Made by a program: the position numbers and the translations under genes | Shown here: positions 8,786 through 16,910 of the stretch, piece by piece | Layout of the letters: each line of letters opens with the position of its first letter | Position numbering within the stretch: the stretch's first letter is position 1 | NCBI GenBank assembly: GCA_964450475.1 | Contig: CAYVDF010000001.1 | Location: 1 to 32,106, forward strand | Direction of reading: 5' to 3' | DNA length: 32,106 nucleotides | Source of the DNA: an uncultured Pseudactinotalea sp. | GTDB lineage: Bacteria > Actinomycetota > Actinomycetes > Actinomycetales > Beutenbergiaceae | The notes under the pieces: model-generated | What the model was told of the DNA's origin: nothing | What the model saw: the letters and a program-made list of their open reading frames with translations, nothing else | Database searches by the model: none

Positions 8786-9748
8786 CTATCGTTTGCTGAA
8801 TTCCTCAAACGCCTGGGCAGAGCTATACCGTGGCGTGTACCCAAACTCCTCTTTCAAGGCGCGGTTATCGAGCACGGGCCGGTAGCGAAGGAAACGCACC
8901 TTCTCGGGGCCATGCTTGCTCAGGCGCAGGGTCGAGCCCACGGCGAGCGCCGCTGTGAGGGCCCACGCGGGGATGGTGAGGAGCTTTTTGCCGAGGCGCT
9001 CGGCGATCTCGGGGATGGAAACGGCCCCGTCCCCGGCGACGTTGAAAATCCCCGCCGGCCCGTCGGTAGCTGCGCGGGCGATTATTTCAGCGACGTCATC
9101 AATCCAAATGAACACGAACGGTGAATCCGCCCCCGCGATATGTAGAATCCGCTTGCTCTCCCACAGCCGCGTGATTTGGTTGTCCACGCCGGGGCCGAGG
9201 ATCGTGCCGATGCGCAGGATCGTTTGGGTCATTGCTGGGTGGGTCCCCCGGAAATTGGCGAGCATCTCCTCGACCAGGCGTTTGTGCTTCGAATACGGGA
9301 ATTCATCGTTGCCGCGCACCCGATCGGATTCGGTGATCTGCTCGGGGTTGTCGGCGTAGTACCCATACGCCGCGCCTGAGGAGGACACGACGAGGCGGCG
9401 GACACCGTGCGCCGCGGCGGCCTCGAAAACGTGCCGTGCGCCGTCAACGTCGACGGCGTATTCCTTAGCTGTGTCAACGCCGGTGTCCATGATCGCGGCA
9501 AGGTGGACGACGACGTCAATCCGCTCCGCCGCGAACGCTCGCGCGACGCTCGCCGGATCGGTGACATCGAGGCGGAGAAAATCGATCTTCGTGACGTCGC
9601 TGGGCGCTAGGCCGATCCACGAGTCTGTGCGCGGTCCCGTGAGGTCGCCGATAATAATTTTTTTCACGCCCGCATGCTGGCTGAGCGCGCGTACGACGTG
9701 GGTGCCGAGGAAGCCGGCGCCGCCGGTGACGAGGATTGTCTCGTTCAT
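8786..9748 (-). CDS. Extended SDR / NAD-dependent epimerase-dehydratase (3-beta-HSD-like fold)
   Basis: TGGAGFLG, VVHLAA, SSGAAYG, catalytic YSKHK (YxxxK); ATGA overlap with the upstream symporter. Confidence 0.9.
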   Translation of the reverse strand: MNETILVTGGAGFLGTHVVRALSQHAGVKKIIIGDLTGPRTDSWIGLAPSDVTKIDFLRLDVTDPASVARAFAAERIDVVVHLAAIMDTGVDTAKEYAVDVDGARHVFEAAAAHGVRRLVVSSSGAAYGYYADNPEQITESDRVRGNDEFPYSKHKRLVEEMLANFRGTHPAMTQTILRIGTILGPGVDNQITRLWESKRILHIAGADSPFVFIWIDDVAEIIARAATDGPAGIFNVAGDGAVSIPEIAERLGKKLLTIPAWALTAALAVGSTLRLSKHGPEKVRFLRYRPVLDNRALKEEFGYTPRYSSAQAFEEFSKR

Positions 9749-10731
9749 GCCTCTGGCGCCTCAGACGATGCGAGTGGGGGCAGGCCCCGGATGACGGGTG
9801 ATCTGCCCGTGGGGTCGCCTTTGACGCTGCCGGTGCGGCGCTTCGTGTGGCGCGCCCAGAGGGAGGCGACGATGAGGCCGGCGATGATGTCCCAGATGCC
9901 CCACCACCCGGCGACGATCGCCATTCCACCGAGTCCGCCGAAGAACGCGAACACGATCCCGAGGCCGAGGCCGGCGTTGCGGATTCCGACTTCGAAGGTG
10001 AGGGCCTTGCGTTCGGGTGTGCCGAGCCCGCCGATGCGGGCGGTGAGGTAGCCGATCGACAGGGCGATGGCGTCGTGTACGGCAACGACGAGGAGGATGA
10101 TGCCGAGGAAGGCGATGAAGATCGACCAGTTCCCAACGAGTGCGCCAACGATGAAGGCGAGGAGCGCAGCAAGGGAGAAGATCCGCACAAACGGCTGCAC
10201 GCGGCGGGCGAAGTTCGGGAATTTAGCGCGCAGGGCGAATCCGATGAGGAAGGGCAGGCCGATGATGAGGAAGATTTCGATGAGCATCTTCCACGGATCG
10301 AGCGCGACATCGGCGAGCAGTTGGCTCGCGGTCGGATGCAGCGAACCCCAAAACGCAATCGACAGTGGCATGGCGAGGAGGTACAGGAGATTACCGACCG
10401 CCGTCATCGATACCGACAGGGCAACGTTGCCACCCGCGCGGTGAGTGAGCACTTGGGAAATGTTTCCCGGCGGGCAACACGCAACGAGGATGAGGCCTAG
10501 GGCCATGGATGGCCCGATCGGCAGGAGGAAGGTGAGCCCGAACGTCACCGCGGGGAGCACGAGGATCTGTGCGGCGATCGCGATGAAGAACGGTTTCGGG
10601 TGGCGCATGACGACCTGGAAGTCGCGCGGAGCCACGTCCAGGGCGATGCCGAACATGATGAGGCCAAGCACGATGTTGAGGATCATGAGCGATCCGGGGG
10701 CGAAGTTGAGAACGACCTCATCGACGTTCAT
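9745..10731 (-). CDS. Bile acid:sodium symporter (BASS/SBF) family transporter
   Basis: LGLIMFGIAL, AQILVLP, LILVACCPPGNISQ, GGNVALSVSMT, FEVGIRNAGLG; ATGA overlap with the FMO gene. Confidence 0.92.
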   Translation of the reverse strand: MNVDEVVLNFAPGSLMILNIVLGLIMFGIALDVAPRDFQVVMRHPKPFFIAIAAQILVLPAVTFGLTFLLPIGPSMALGLILVACCPPGNISQVLTHRAGGNVALSVSMTAVGNLLYLLAMPLSIAFWGSLHPTASQLLADVALDPWKMLIEIFLIIGLPFLIGFALRAKFPNFARRVQPFVRIFSLAALLAFIVGALVGNWSIFIAFLGIILLVVAVHDAIALSIGYLTARIGGLGTPERKALTFEVGIRNAGLGLGIVFAFFGGLGGMAIVAGWWGIWDIIAGLIVASLWARHTKRRTGSVKGDPTGRSPVIRGLPPLASSEAPEA

Positions 10732-12068
10732 GTGCGGGCCTCCTTCGGTTCCAGTGGGGCGCGAATTCCGGCGAGTTCGGCGGCGACGGCGCTGCGGTAG
10801 GCGTCCTTGTTGACGTAGTAGCTCATGCGATCAAGGCCGAGGTACTTGTAGCCGGCGGTGAGGTCGGGCCACGGTTCGCGTGCGATGCGGTGCCGGAAGC
10901 GTTCCGCCCGCTGCGGCGAAGCTTGCTCCGCTTTGAGGTAGGCGGCGATGAGTTCGGCCTGCTCATACCGGCCCTGCCACCCGAGCCCTGAGGCCTCGAC
11001 CATCCCCATGACCGCGAGGCCGTTCATCGCGGGCGGAAAAATATTTAAGAATAATTCTGGCGCCGAGTTTCGCCAGTTGAGGTGCTCGCGCGCCACGAAC
11101 GGGTAATCAAGCTTGTAGCCGGTGGCGAGCAGCACCAGATCGTATTCACCGCTCGTGCCATCGGCGAAGCGCACGGTATCGCCGTCGAAGCGGTCGATAT
11201 CCGGGCGGATTTGTAGGTCGCCCTGACCCAAATGATTGAGCACCATCGTGTTGACGATCGGGTGCGATTCGTAAAGCTTGTAATCCGGTTTCGGGAAACC
11301 GAACCGCTCGGGGTTGCCGGTGAACGCGCGCAGCAGCCATTTATCCACGACCTGCTTGATCGGCCGCGGCATCGGCCTGCCGGCGTTCAAGGTGTCGGAG
11401 GGGCGCCCGAAAATGTATCGCGGCACGAAGTAGTAGCCGCGCCGAACGCTCATATCGACGCTAGCCGCGTGGTGCACCGCATCCACCGCGATGTCGCACC
11501 CTGAGTTCCCTGCCCCGATGATGAGCACCCGCTTGCCGGCGAGTTGCCGCGCGTTCTTGTAGGCGCTGGAGTGAACGAGTTCCCCGGAGAACTCCCCCGC
11601 GAATTCTGGCACGTTGGGTTCGGCAAGCGTGCCGTTCGCGATGATCACGTGGTCGAAGTTCTGCTCGCGCCTCTCCCCCGAGCCAGTGTGTGCGGTGGTG
11701 AGCTTCCATGTGTGACGGCGAGTGGCGCCGTCCGTAACTTCACTCGGCTCGAGCTGGATGACACGGGTGTTGAACTCGAACAGATCGGCGAGGCCAAACT
11801 CGGCGGCATAGTCGGCGAAGTATTCGGCCATGAGGCCGTGGCCGGGGTAGTCGACCGTCGTGCGCATCGGGAATTCGGTGAACTGAGTGGTGGTGCGCGA
11901 GGAGATGAGGTGCGCGGAATCGTACATCGTCGAGCGCGGGTTGGTGATGTCCCACAAGCCCCCGACGCCGTGGCTCGCCTCGAAACCGCGGGCGGTGATG
12001 CCAACGCGCTGCAGGGCGCGCGCCGAGGCGAGACCGGAGGGGCCGGCGCCGATAATTGCTACGTCCAT
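10728..12068 (-). CDS. Class B flavin-containing monooxygenase (FMO)
   Basis: FAD motif GAGPSG, GGLW, FMO fingerprint FSGELVHSSAY (FxGxxxHxxxY), NADPH motif GAGNSG, LATGY. SD AAGGTGG and TATGAT (12096-12101) upstream. Confidence 0.93.
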   Translation of the reverse strand: MDVAIIGAGPSGLASARALQRVGITARGFEASHGVGGLWDITNPRSTMYDSAHLISSRTTTQFTEFPMRTTVDYPGHGLMAEYFADYAAEFGLADLFEFNTRVIQLEPSEVTDGATRRHTWKLTTAHTGSGERREQNFDHVIIANGTLAEPNVPEFAGEFSGELVHSSAYKNARQLAGKRVLIIGAGNSGCDIAVDAVHHAASVDMSVRRGYYFVPRYIFGRPSDTLNAGRPMPRPIKQVVDKWLLRAFTGNPERFGFPKPDYKLYESHPIVNTMVLNHLGQGDLQIRPDIDRFDGDTVRFADGTSGEYDLVLLATGYKLDYPFVAREHLNWRNSAPELFLNIFPPAMNGLAVMGMVEASGLGWQGRYEQAELIAAYLKAEQASPQRAERFRHRIAREPWPDLTAGYKYLGLDRMSYYVNKDAYRSAVAAELAGIRAPLEPKEART

Positions 12069-12129
12069 GTACCACCTTGGGGCGAATTTCTATCGATCAT
12101 AGTGCAGCGAGGTGGTCGCCGAGGCGTGT

Positions 12130-13122
12130 TTAGTATTTTTCGAAGGCGCGCTGAATCTCTTCGGAAGTCAGGCCACGGGCGAGTGCGAGCATGAGGAGAA
12201 TGCGGGCCTGCTGCGGGCTGAGGTCACTGTTGCACACGACGTGCTCTAAGCCCGGCCGGCGCAGCACGCGCGGGTCGCGAATCGCCCGAGAGGCCTGCAC
12301 GGTGGCGATGCCGGCGGCGGCGTGCCGCTCGATTGCGGCGTCGATCTCTGGGGTGTTCGTGCCTGGTGGGAATCCGATCACGACGAGGCCGCGGGCGCCG
12401 GCCGCCACGTGGGCGTCGAGGGCGGTGGCATCGGCGCCGGCGTACTGAAACACGACATCGACGCGCGGCAAATCGCCGTCAATAGTGCTGAATTCGCTCC
12501 GCGCTGTGTGCGGGTGGAGGGGCCGTGCGTATCGAGCGATGCTTCCATCGACGTTGATGCGGGCGAGCGGGCCGGTGGCGGGTGATTCCATCGCGCCGAG
12601 GGTGTGGTTGGCGAGTTTTGCTACCCCGCGGGCGCTGTGCACAGTTTGATCCATGATGACGACGACGCCGCACGGCGAAGCCGCCTCGCGTTCGGCGCGG
12701 ATCCAGTGGATCGCATCGAGCAGGTTCTTGAACGCATCGGAGGCGAGGGTGCTTGGTGGGCGCTGGGAGCCGATGACTGCAGCGGGCTTTGAGGTGTTCA
12801 GCGTGAGGTGGAGGAAGAACGCCGTCTCCTCTAGGGCGCCTGTGCCGTGGCCGATGATTACCCCGTCGATCGACGGATCGTCGAGTACGCCCGCGGCGAG
12901 GCGGCGAAGTTCGAGCCAGTGCTGCGGGCCGATCTCCTTCGAGCGTCGGGCGGCATAGGGCACAGGCACGATCTCTGCGAGGCCTGCGAAGTCGGGCGCG
13001 AGAGCGAGCAGCTCCGGCGCCGGCATGACGCGCCCGCCTGAGAGGTAGGAGAGGTAGTCGAGCAGGCCACTCCCCTCGTTCGCGATCGTGCCGCCGGTGC
13101 CGATGAACGCAATTCGACTCAT
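12130..13122 (-). CDS. Asparaginase/glutaminase-family protein with atypical second active-site motif
   Basis: IGTGGTIA (first Thr), HGTGALEETAFFL (canonical HGTDT), GSQRP, SDAFKNL, LSPQQARILLMLAL; no signal peptide. Confidence 0.88.
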   Translation of the reverse strand: MSRIAFIGTGGTIANEGSGLLDYLSYLSGGRVMPAPELLALAPDFAGLAEIVPVPYAARRSKEIGPQHWLELRRLAAGVLDDPSIDGVIIGHGTGALEETAFFLHLTLNTSKPAAVIGSQRPPSTLASDAFKNLLDAIHWIRAEREAASPCGVVVIMDQTVHSARGVAKLANHTLGAMESPATGPLARINVDGSIARYARPLHPHTARSEFSTIDGDLPRVDVVFQYAGADATALDAHVAAGARGLVVIGFPPGTNTPEIDAAIERHAAAGIATVQASRAIRDPRVLRRPGLEHVVCNSDLSPQQARILLMLALARGLTSEEIQRAFEKY

Positions 13123-13211
13123 GTTCCACCCTCGATGCCGTACAAGTTACGTGAAAACTCTGCTTCCTCGTTAACCTTCCCACACCTGGCCTCCGTGAGA
13201 AGCTAGATGGC

Positions 13212-14051
13212 ATGTGCGGACGCTATGCATCGTTTCGGCAGTCGCAAGATATCGCCAAGGAATTCGACGTGGTCACGCTGAGCCAGGCCGCTGCGCTGTT
13301 TGTGCCATCGTGGAACGTTGCCCCCACGACGATGGTACGAATCATCGTCGACCGGCCCGCGAGCGCACTGGAGAAATACAGTGACATGGTTCCGGTCGAG
13401 GGCGCAGACTCCCCCGGACAAACAGATCCGGACGCCCTCGTGCGTGCGATGCAGCTCGCCCGCTGGGGACTCGTGCCTCCGTGGTCGAAGTCGCTCTCGG
13501 TCGGGGCACGGATGATCAACGCCCGCTCCGAAACCGCCGCAACGAAACCGTCGTTTCGCAAACCGTTCGCCAGCGCGCGCTGCATCGTCGTGGCCGATGG
13601 CTATTACGAGTGGCACACGCATGCCGATGGCAGCAAGACTCCGCACTACATCTATGCCTCCAACGGTGATTCGCTCGCGTTCGCTGGAATGTTCTCGTGG
13701 TGGCCCAACCCCGATGAGCCCGAGGACTCACCTAACCGGTGGGTGCTATCAACGACGATCCTCACCGCCGATGCCCGCGACGGGCTGGAGGAGATTCACG
13801 ACCGGGAACCGGTCATGCTCTCTCATGACCTCGTGACCGATTGGCTCGACCCAGCACTCACCGACCCGGAAGAGATCAGCCACCTCATCGCAAGGCCCGG
13901 CCCGGAACTTTCGTGGCACCCCGTTAGCCGCGCAGTCGGGTCGGTGCGCAACAACACCCCGTCGCTCATTGAACCTATCGCTCCACCAAACGGTGGAGAT
14001 GGGCACCCACCTGCGGGCGGATCCGCCGGCGAGTCCGAGCCTTTACTGTAA
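13212..14051 (+). CDS. SRAP family protein (SOS response-associated peptidase; YedK/HMCES abasic-site protector)
   Basis: N-terminal MCGRY, WNVAPT, RWGLVPPW, INARSET, DGYYEW, IHDREP, VSRAVGSVRN. Confidence 0.95.
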   Translation: MCGRYASFRQSQDIAKEFDVVTLSQAAALFVPSWNVAPTTMVRIIVDRPASALEKYSDMVPVEGADSPGQTDPDALVRAMQLARWGLVPPWSKSLSVGARMINARSETAATKPSFRKPFASARCIVVADGYYEWHTHADGSKTPHYIYASNGDSLAFAGMFSWWPNPDEPEDSPNRWVLSTTILTADARDGLEEIHDREPVMLSHDLVTDWLDPALTDPEEISHLIARPGPELSWHPVSRAVGSVRNNTPSLIEPIAPPNGGDGHPPAGGSAGESEPLL

Positions 14052-14055
14052 ACCT

Positions 14056-15375
14056 ATGACCACGCCCGCCAACTCGACGCCGAACAGAGTTTCGGTTGCC
14101 ACCCCGGCAACCGATGCCCAGTCGATGCCGCCGCGGATCTCCCCACGGCGGCCCCGGTTCGTCTCCGATGTGCTGCCGGCGGCGGTCGCGGCGCTCATCC
14201 TCGGTGTGCCGACCCTGACGTATGCGCGTGACGGATTCCCTAGCAGCACCTTCCTCTTTGGGATTCAGCACCTATTCGGGGATCCGGCCTCCAGCGGGAT
14301 GGTGTCGGTGACCCACGTCGTCATCACGGTCATCGCAGCCTTTGGCATGCCGCTCGCGCTCGTTTGGCGCGCCTCTCACCCAGTGTTTTCCACCACCACG
14401 ATCGCGGTGATTGGGCTCCTGCACTTCTTCATTGGGCTCATCGTTCTGCCGATCGACCTCGTGATCTTCGCATCGCTGTACTCGATCACCGTGTACGGGC
14501 CATCGAAATATTCTCGCGCCGCTCTCATCGTGGCCCTCGCGGGAGGCATGCTCGTGAGCTTGTCTGCCGCGGCGCCGCGAACCCCGTTTTTCGACCCGAT
14601 CGTCATCACGCTGCTCCTGCTCCTGAGCGCCACCCTCGTGATGCTGTCCTGGGGCGCCGGCCTCCTACGACGCAGCCGACTCGAACAGCGCGAGTCCCTA
14701 CGAGAACGGGCCATGCGCCTGGAGCGCGAACGCGATCAGCAGGCCCAGATCGCAACCGTCGCCGAACGCAACCGCATCGCGCGTGAGATGCACGACGTCG
14801 TCGCTCACTCCCTCTCCGTGATCGTCGCCCAAGCCGACGGCGGACGCTACGCCGCAGCCGCCGATCCCGACGCCGCGGCCGCCGCCCTTGAGACAATCGC
14901 GGAAACCTCCCGCGCAGCCCTAGCCGACATGCGCCAAATCCTCGGGGTACTTCGGGAAGACCACCTTGGCAACGCCGTCACCGCACCCCAACCCGCGACC
15001 GGCGATCTCGAGTCGCTCGTTAACCAGGTGCGCTCCGCCGGCCTCGACGTCACCTACTCCACCACCGGCCAACCCCGAACGCTCCCACCCGGGGCGGGTA
15101 TCGCCGTCTACCGGATCGTGCAAGAATCGCTCACAAATATCCTCAAACACGCGGGCCCGAACGTTCACGCCACGGTCGCCGTCGCGTGGAGTCGCGAGTG
15201 CCTCTCGGTTGTTATTGAAGATGACGGCGTGGGGAGCCTCGCCGCCTCCGATAACCAAGGTCATGGTCTCGTTGGGATGCGCGAGCGCACGCAAATGCTC
15301 GGCGGCACCCTTGAGGCCGGCCCGATGGAGGGCGGCGGCTTCCAAGTGCGAATGGATATCCCGCTCCCCCGCTAA
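14056..15375 (+). CDS. Membrane sensor histidine kinase (HisKA_3, NarX/DesK/LiaS type)
   Basis: TM region, H-box ERNRIAREMHDVVAHSLS, QESLTNILKHA, DDGVG, GHGLVGMRER. Start reassigned to ATG at 14056 (TACTGT-N6-ATG). Confidence 0.93.
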   Translation: MTTPANSTPNRVSVATPATDAQSMPPRISPRRPRFVSDVLPAAVAALILGVPTLTYARDGFPSSTFLFGIQHLFGDPASSGMVSVTHVVITVIAAFGMPLALVWRASHPVFSTTTIAVIGLLHFFIGLIVLPIDLVIFASLYSITVYGPSKYSRAALIVALAGGMLVSLSAAAPRTPFFDPIVITLLLLLSATLVMLSWGAGLLRRSRLEQRESLRERAMRLERERDQQAQIATVAERNRIAREMHDVVAHSLSVIVAQADGGRYAAAADPDAAAAALETIAETSRAALADMRQILGVLREDHLGNAVTAPQPATGDLESLVNQVRSAGLDVTYSTTGQPRTLPPGAGIAVYRIVQESLTNILKHAGPNVHATVAVAWSRECLSVVIEDDGVGSLAASDNQGHGLVGMRERTQMLGGTLEAGPMEGGGFQVRMDIPLPR

Positions 15376-15384
15376 CCTAGGTGC

Positions 15385-16047
15385 ATGACCATCCGTGTAG
15401 GAATCGTCGATGACCAGCAATTGGTCCGCGCCGGATTCGCCCTCGTAATCAACTCCCAAGACGACATGGAAGTCGTGGTGGAGGCCGGAGACGGCGCGCA
15501 AGCGCTGCGCGCGCTTGGATCCTACGACGCCGACGTTGTGCTCATGGACATCCGCATGCCCAACATGGACGGCCTCGCGGCAACCGCCGAGCTCACCGCC
15601 CAGGGCGATACCCCCAAGGTCATCATCCTCACAACATTCGACCTCGATGAGTACGTGTTAGAAGCCATCCGTGCCGGCGCCTCGGGATTCCTCCTGAAAG
15701 ACGCTCCCCCTGAGGAGATGCTCCAGGCGATCCGTACCGTGCACCGGGGCGATGCCGTCATCGCGCCATCATCAACAAAGCGTCTCCTCGCGCACCTGTC
15801 CGGGGTGCTGCCCGACCCCGATCGCGCGACCCCCGCAATCCTCGAAACGCTCACCGAGCGCGAGCGCGAGGTGCTCATCCTCATCGCCAAGGGTCGATCC
15901 AACCAGGAAATCGCAGCCGACCTCTTTGTCGCCGAAGCGACCGTCAAAACTCACGTGGGCCGCGTGCTGGCAAAGCTGGGGGCTCGCGACCGCGTGCAGG
16001 CCGTCGTCATCGCGTATGAGACGGGGCTCGCTACCCCGGGCGGATAG
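15385..16047 (+). CDS. NarL/LuxR family response regulator
   Basis: Receiver VDDQ...VLMDIRMP...GFLLKD; HTH LTEREREVL...SNQEIA...TVKTHV. Confidence 0.96.
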   Translation: MTIRVGIVDDQQLVRAGFALVINSQDDMEVVVEAGDGAQALRALGSYDADVVLMDIRMPNMDGLAATAELTAQGDTPKVIILTTFDLDEYVLEAIRAGASGFLLKDAPPEEMLQAIRTVHRGDAVIAPSSTKRLLAHLSGVLPDPDRATPAILETLTEREREVLILIAKGRSNQEIAADLFVAEATVKTHVGRVLAKLGARDRVQAVVIAYETGLATPGG

Positions 16048-16058
16048 ACGCGAGCACC

Positions 16059-16127
16059 ATCCACCTACGGGAGGATCCCACCACCACTCCCCGGAGGGAT
16101 CCACGCGCCGACCTGCGTTTTTATTCT
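16059..16127 (+). promoter_or_regulatory. Putative response-regulator boxes and leaderless promoter of the ABC exporter
   Basis: Imperfect palindrome ATCCacctacgggaGGAT (16059-16076) and a related site 24 bp downstream ending ggagGGAT (16083-16100). TATTCT (16122-16127) is followed by 6 nt and then the ATG. Confidence 0.55.
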
Positions 16128-16133
16128 TAAACC

Positions 16134-16910
16134 ATGCACACAAACACACCCGCACACAACGCCGGCGCCCGGGACCACATTGCTCTTCGCGCCGAAGGAC
16201 TCCGCAAGACTTACGGCCACGGCGAGGCGAGTGTCCACGCCCTTGACGGCGTCGACGTCGAATTCGTAGCCGGCCGCTTCACCGCGATCATGGGCCCCTC
16301 GGGTTCGGGCAAGTCCACCCTCCTGCACGTGCTCGCGGGCCTCGACACGGCCACGAGCGGCAAGGTGTGGATGGGCGATACCGAGATCACCTCACTCGAT
16401 GACCGCGCCCTCACGATCCTTCGCCGCCGCCGCGTCGGCTTCGTGTTCCAATCCTTTAACCTCCTGCCGATGTTCACCGCCGCTGAGAACATCAATCTGC
16501 CCTCTCGCCTCGCCGGCCGTAAACCGGACCGAGCGTGGGTCAGCACGTTAATGACCACGCTCGGGTTGAATGACCGCCTGACGCACAAGCCCTCGGAGCT
16601 CTCTGGTGGGCAGCAACAACGCGTCGCCATCGCCCGGGCCCTGTCCACTCGCCCCGATGTTATTTTCGCCGACGAACCCACCGGTAACCTCGACTCCCGC
16701 TCCGGCCTGGAGGTACTCGACTTCCTCAAGCGCTCGGTGGAGGAGTTTGGCCAGACGATCATCATGGTCACCCACGACCCGGCCGCGGCCGCGCATGCCT
16801 CGAAGGTTCTCCTTCTCGCCGATGGCCGCGTCGCCGGTACGATCAAAAACCCGACGACTGAGTCGATCCTTGCAGGCCTCGACGCCCTACGCCCAGCGCA
16901 GGTGATCTGA
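16134..16910 (+). CDS. ABC transporter ATP-binding protein (LolD/MacB type)
   Basis: GPSGSGKST, GFVFQSFNL, LSGGQQQRVAIARAL, FADEPTGNLD, MVTHD. Confidence 0.96.
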   Translation: MHTNTPAHNAGARDHIALRAEGLRKTYGHGEASVHALDGVDVEFVAGRFTAIMGPSGSGKSTLLHVLAGLDTATSGKVWMGDTEITSLDDRALTILRRRRVGFVFQSFNLLPMFTAAENINLPSRLAGRKPDRAWVSTLMTTLGLNDRLTHKPSELSGGQQQRVAIARALSTRPDVIFADEPTGNLDSRSGLEVLDFLKRSVEEFGQTIIMVTHDPAAAAHASKVLLLADGRVAGTIKNPTTESILAGLDALRPAQVI

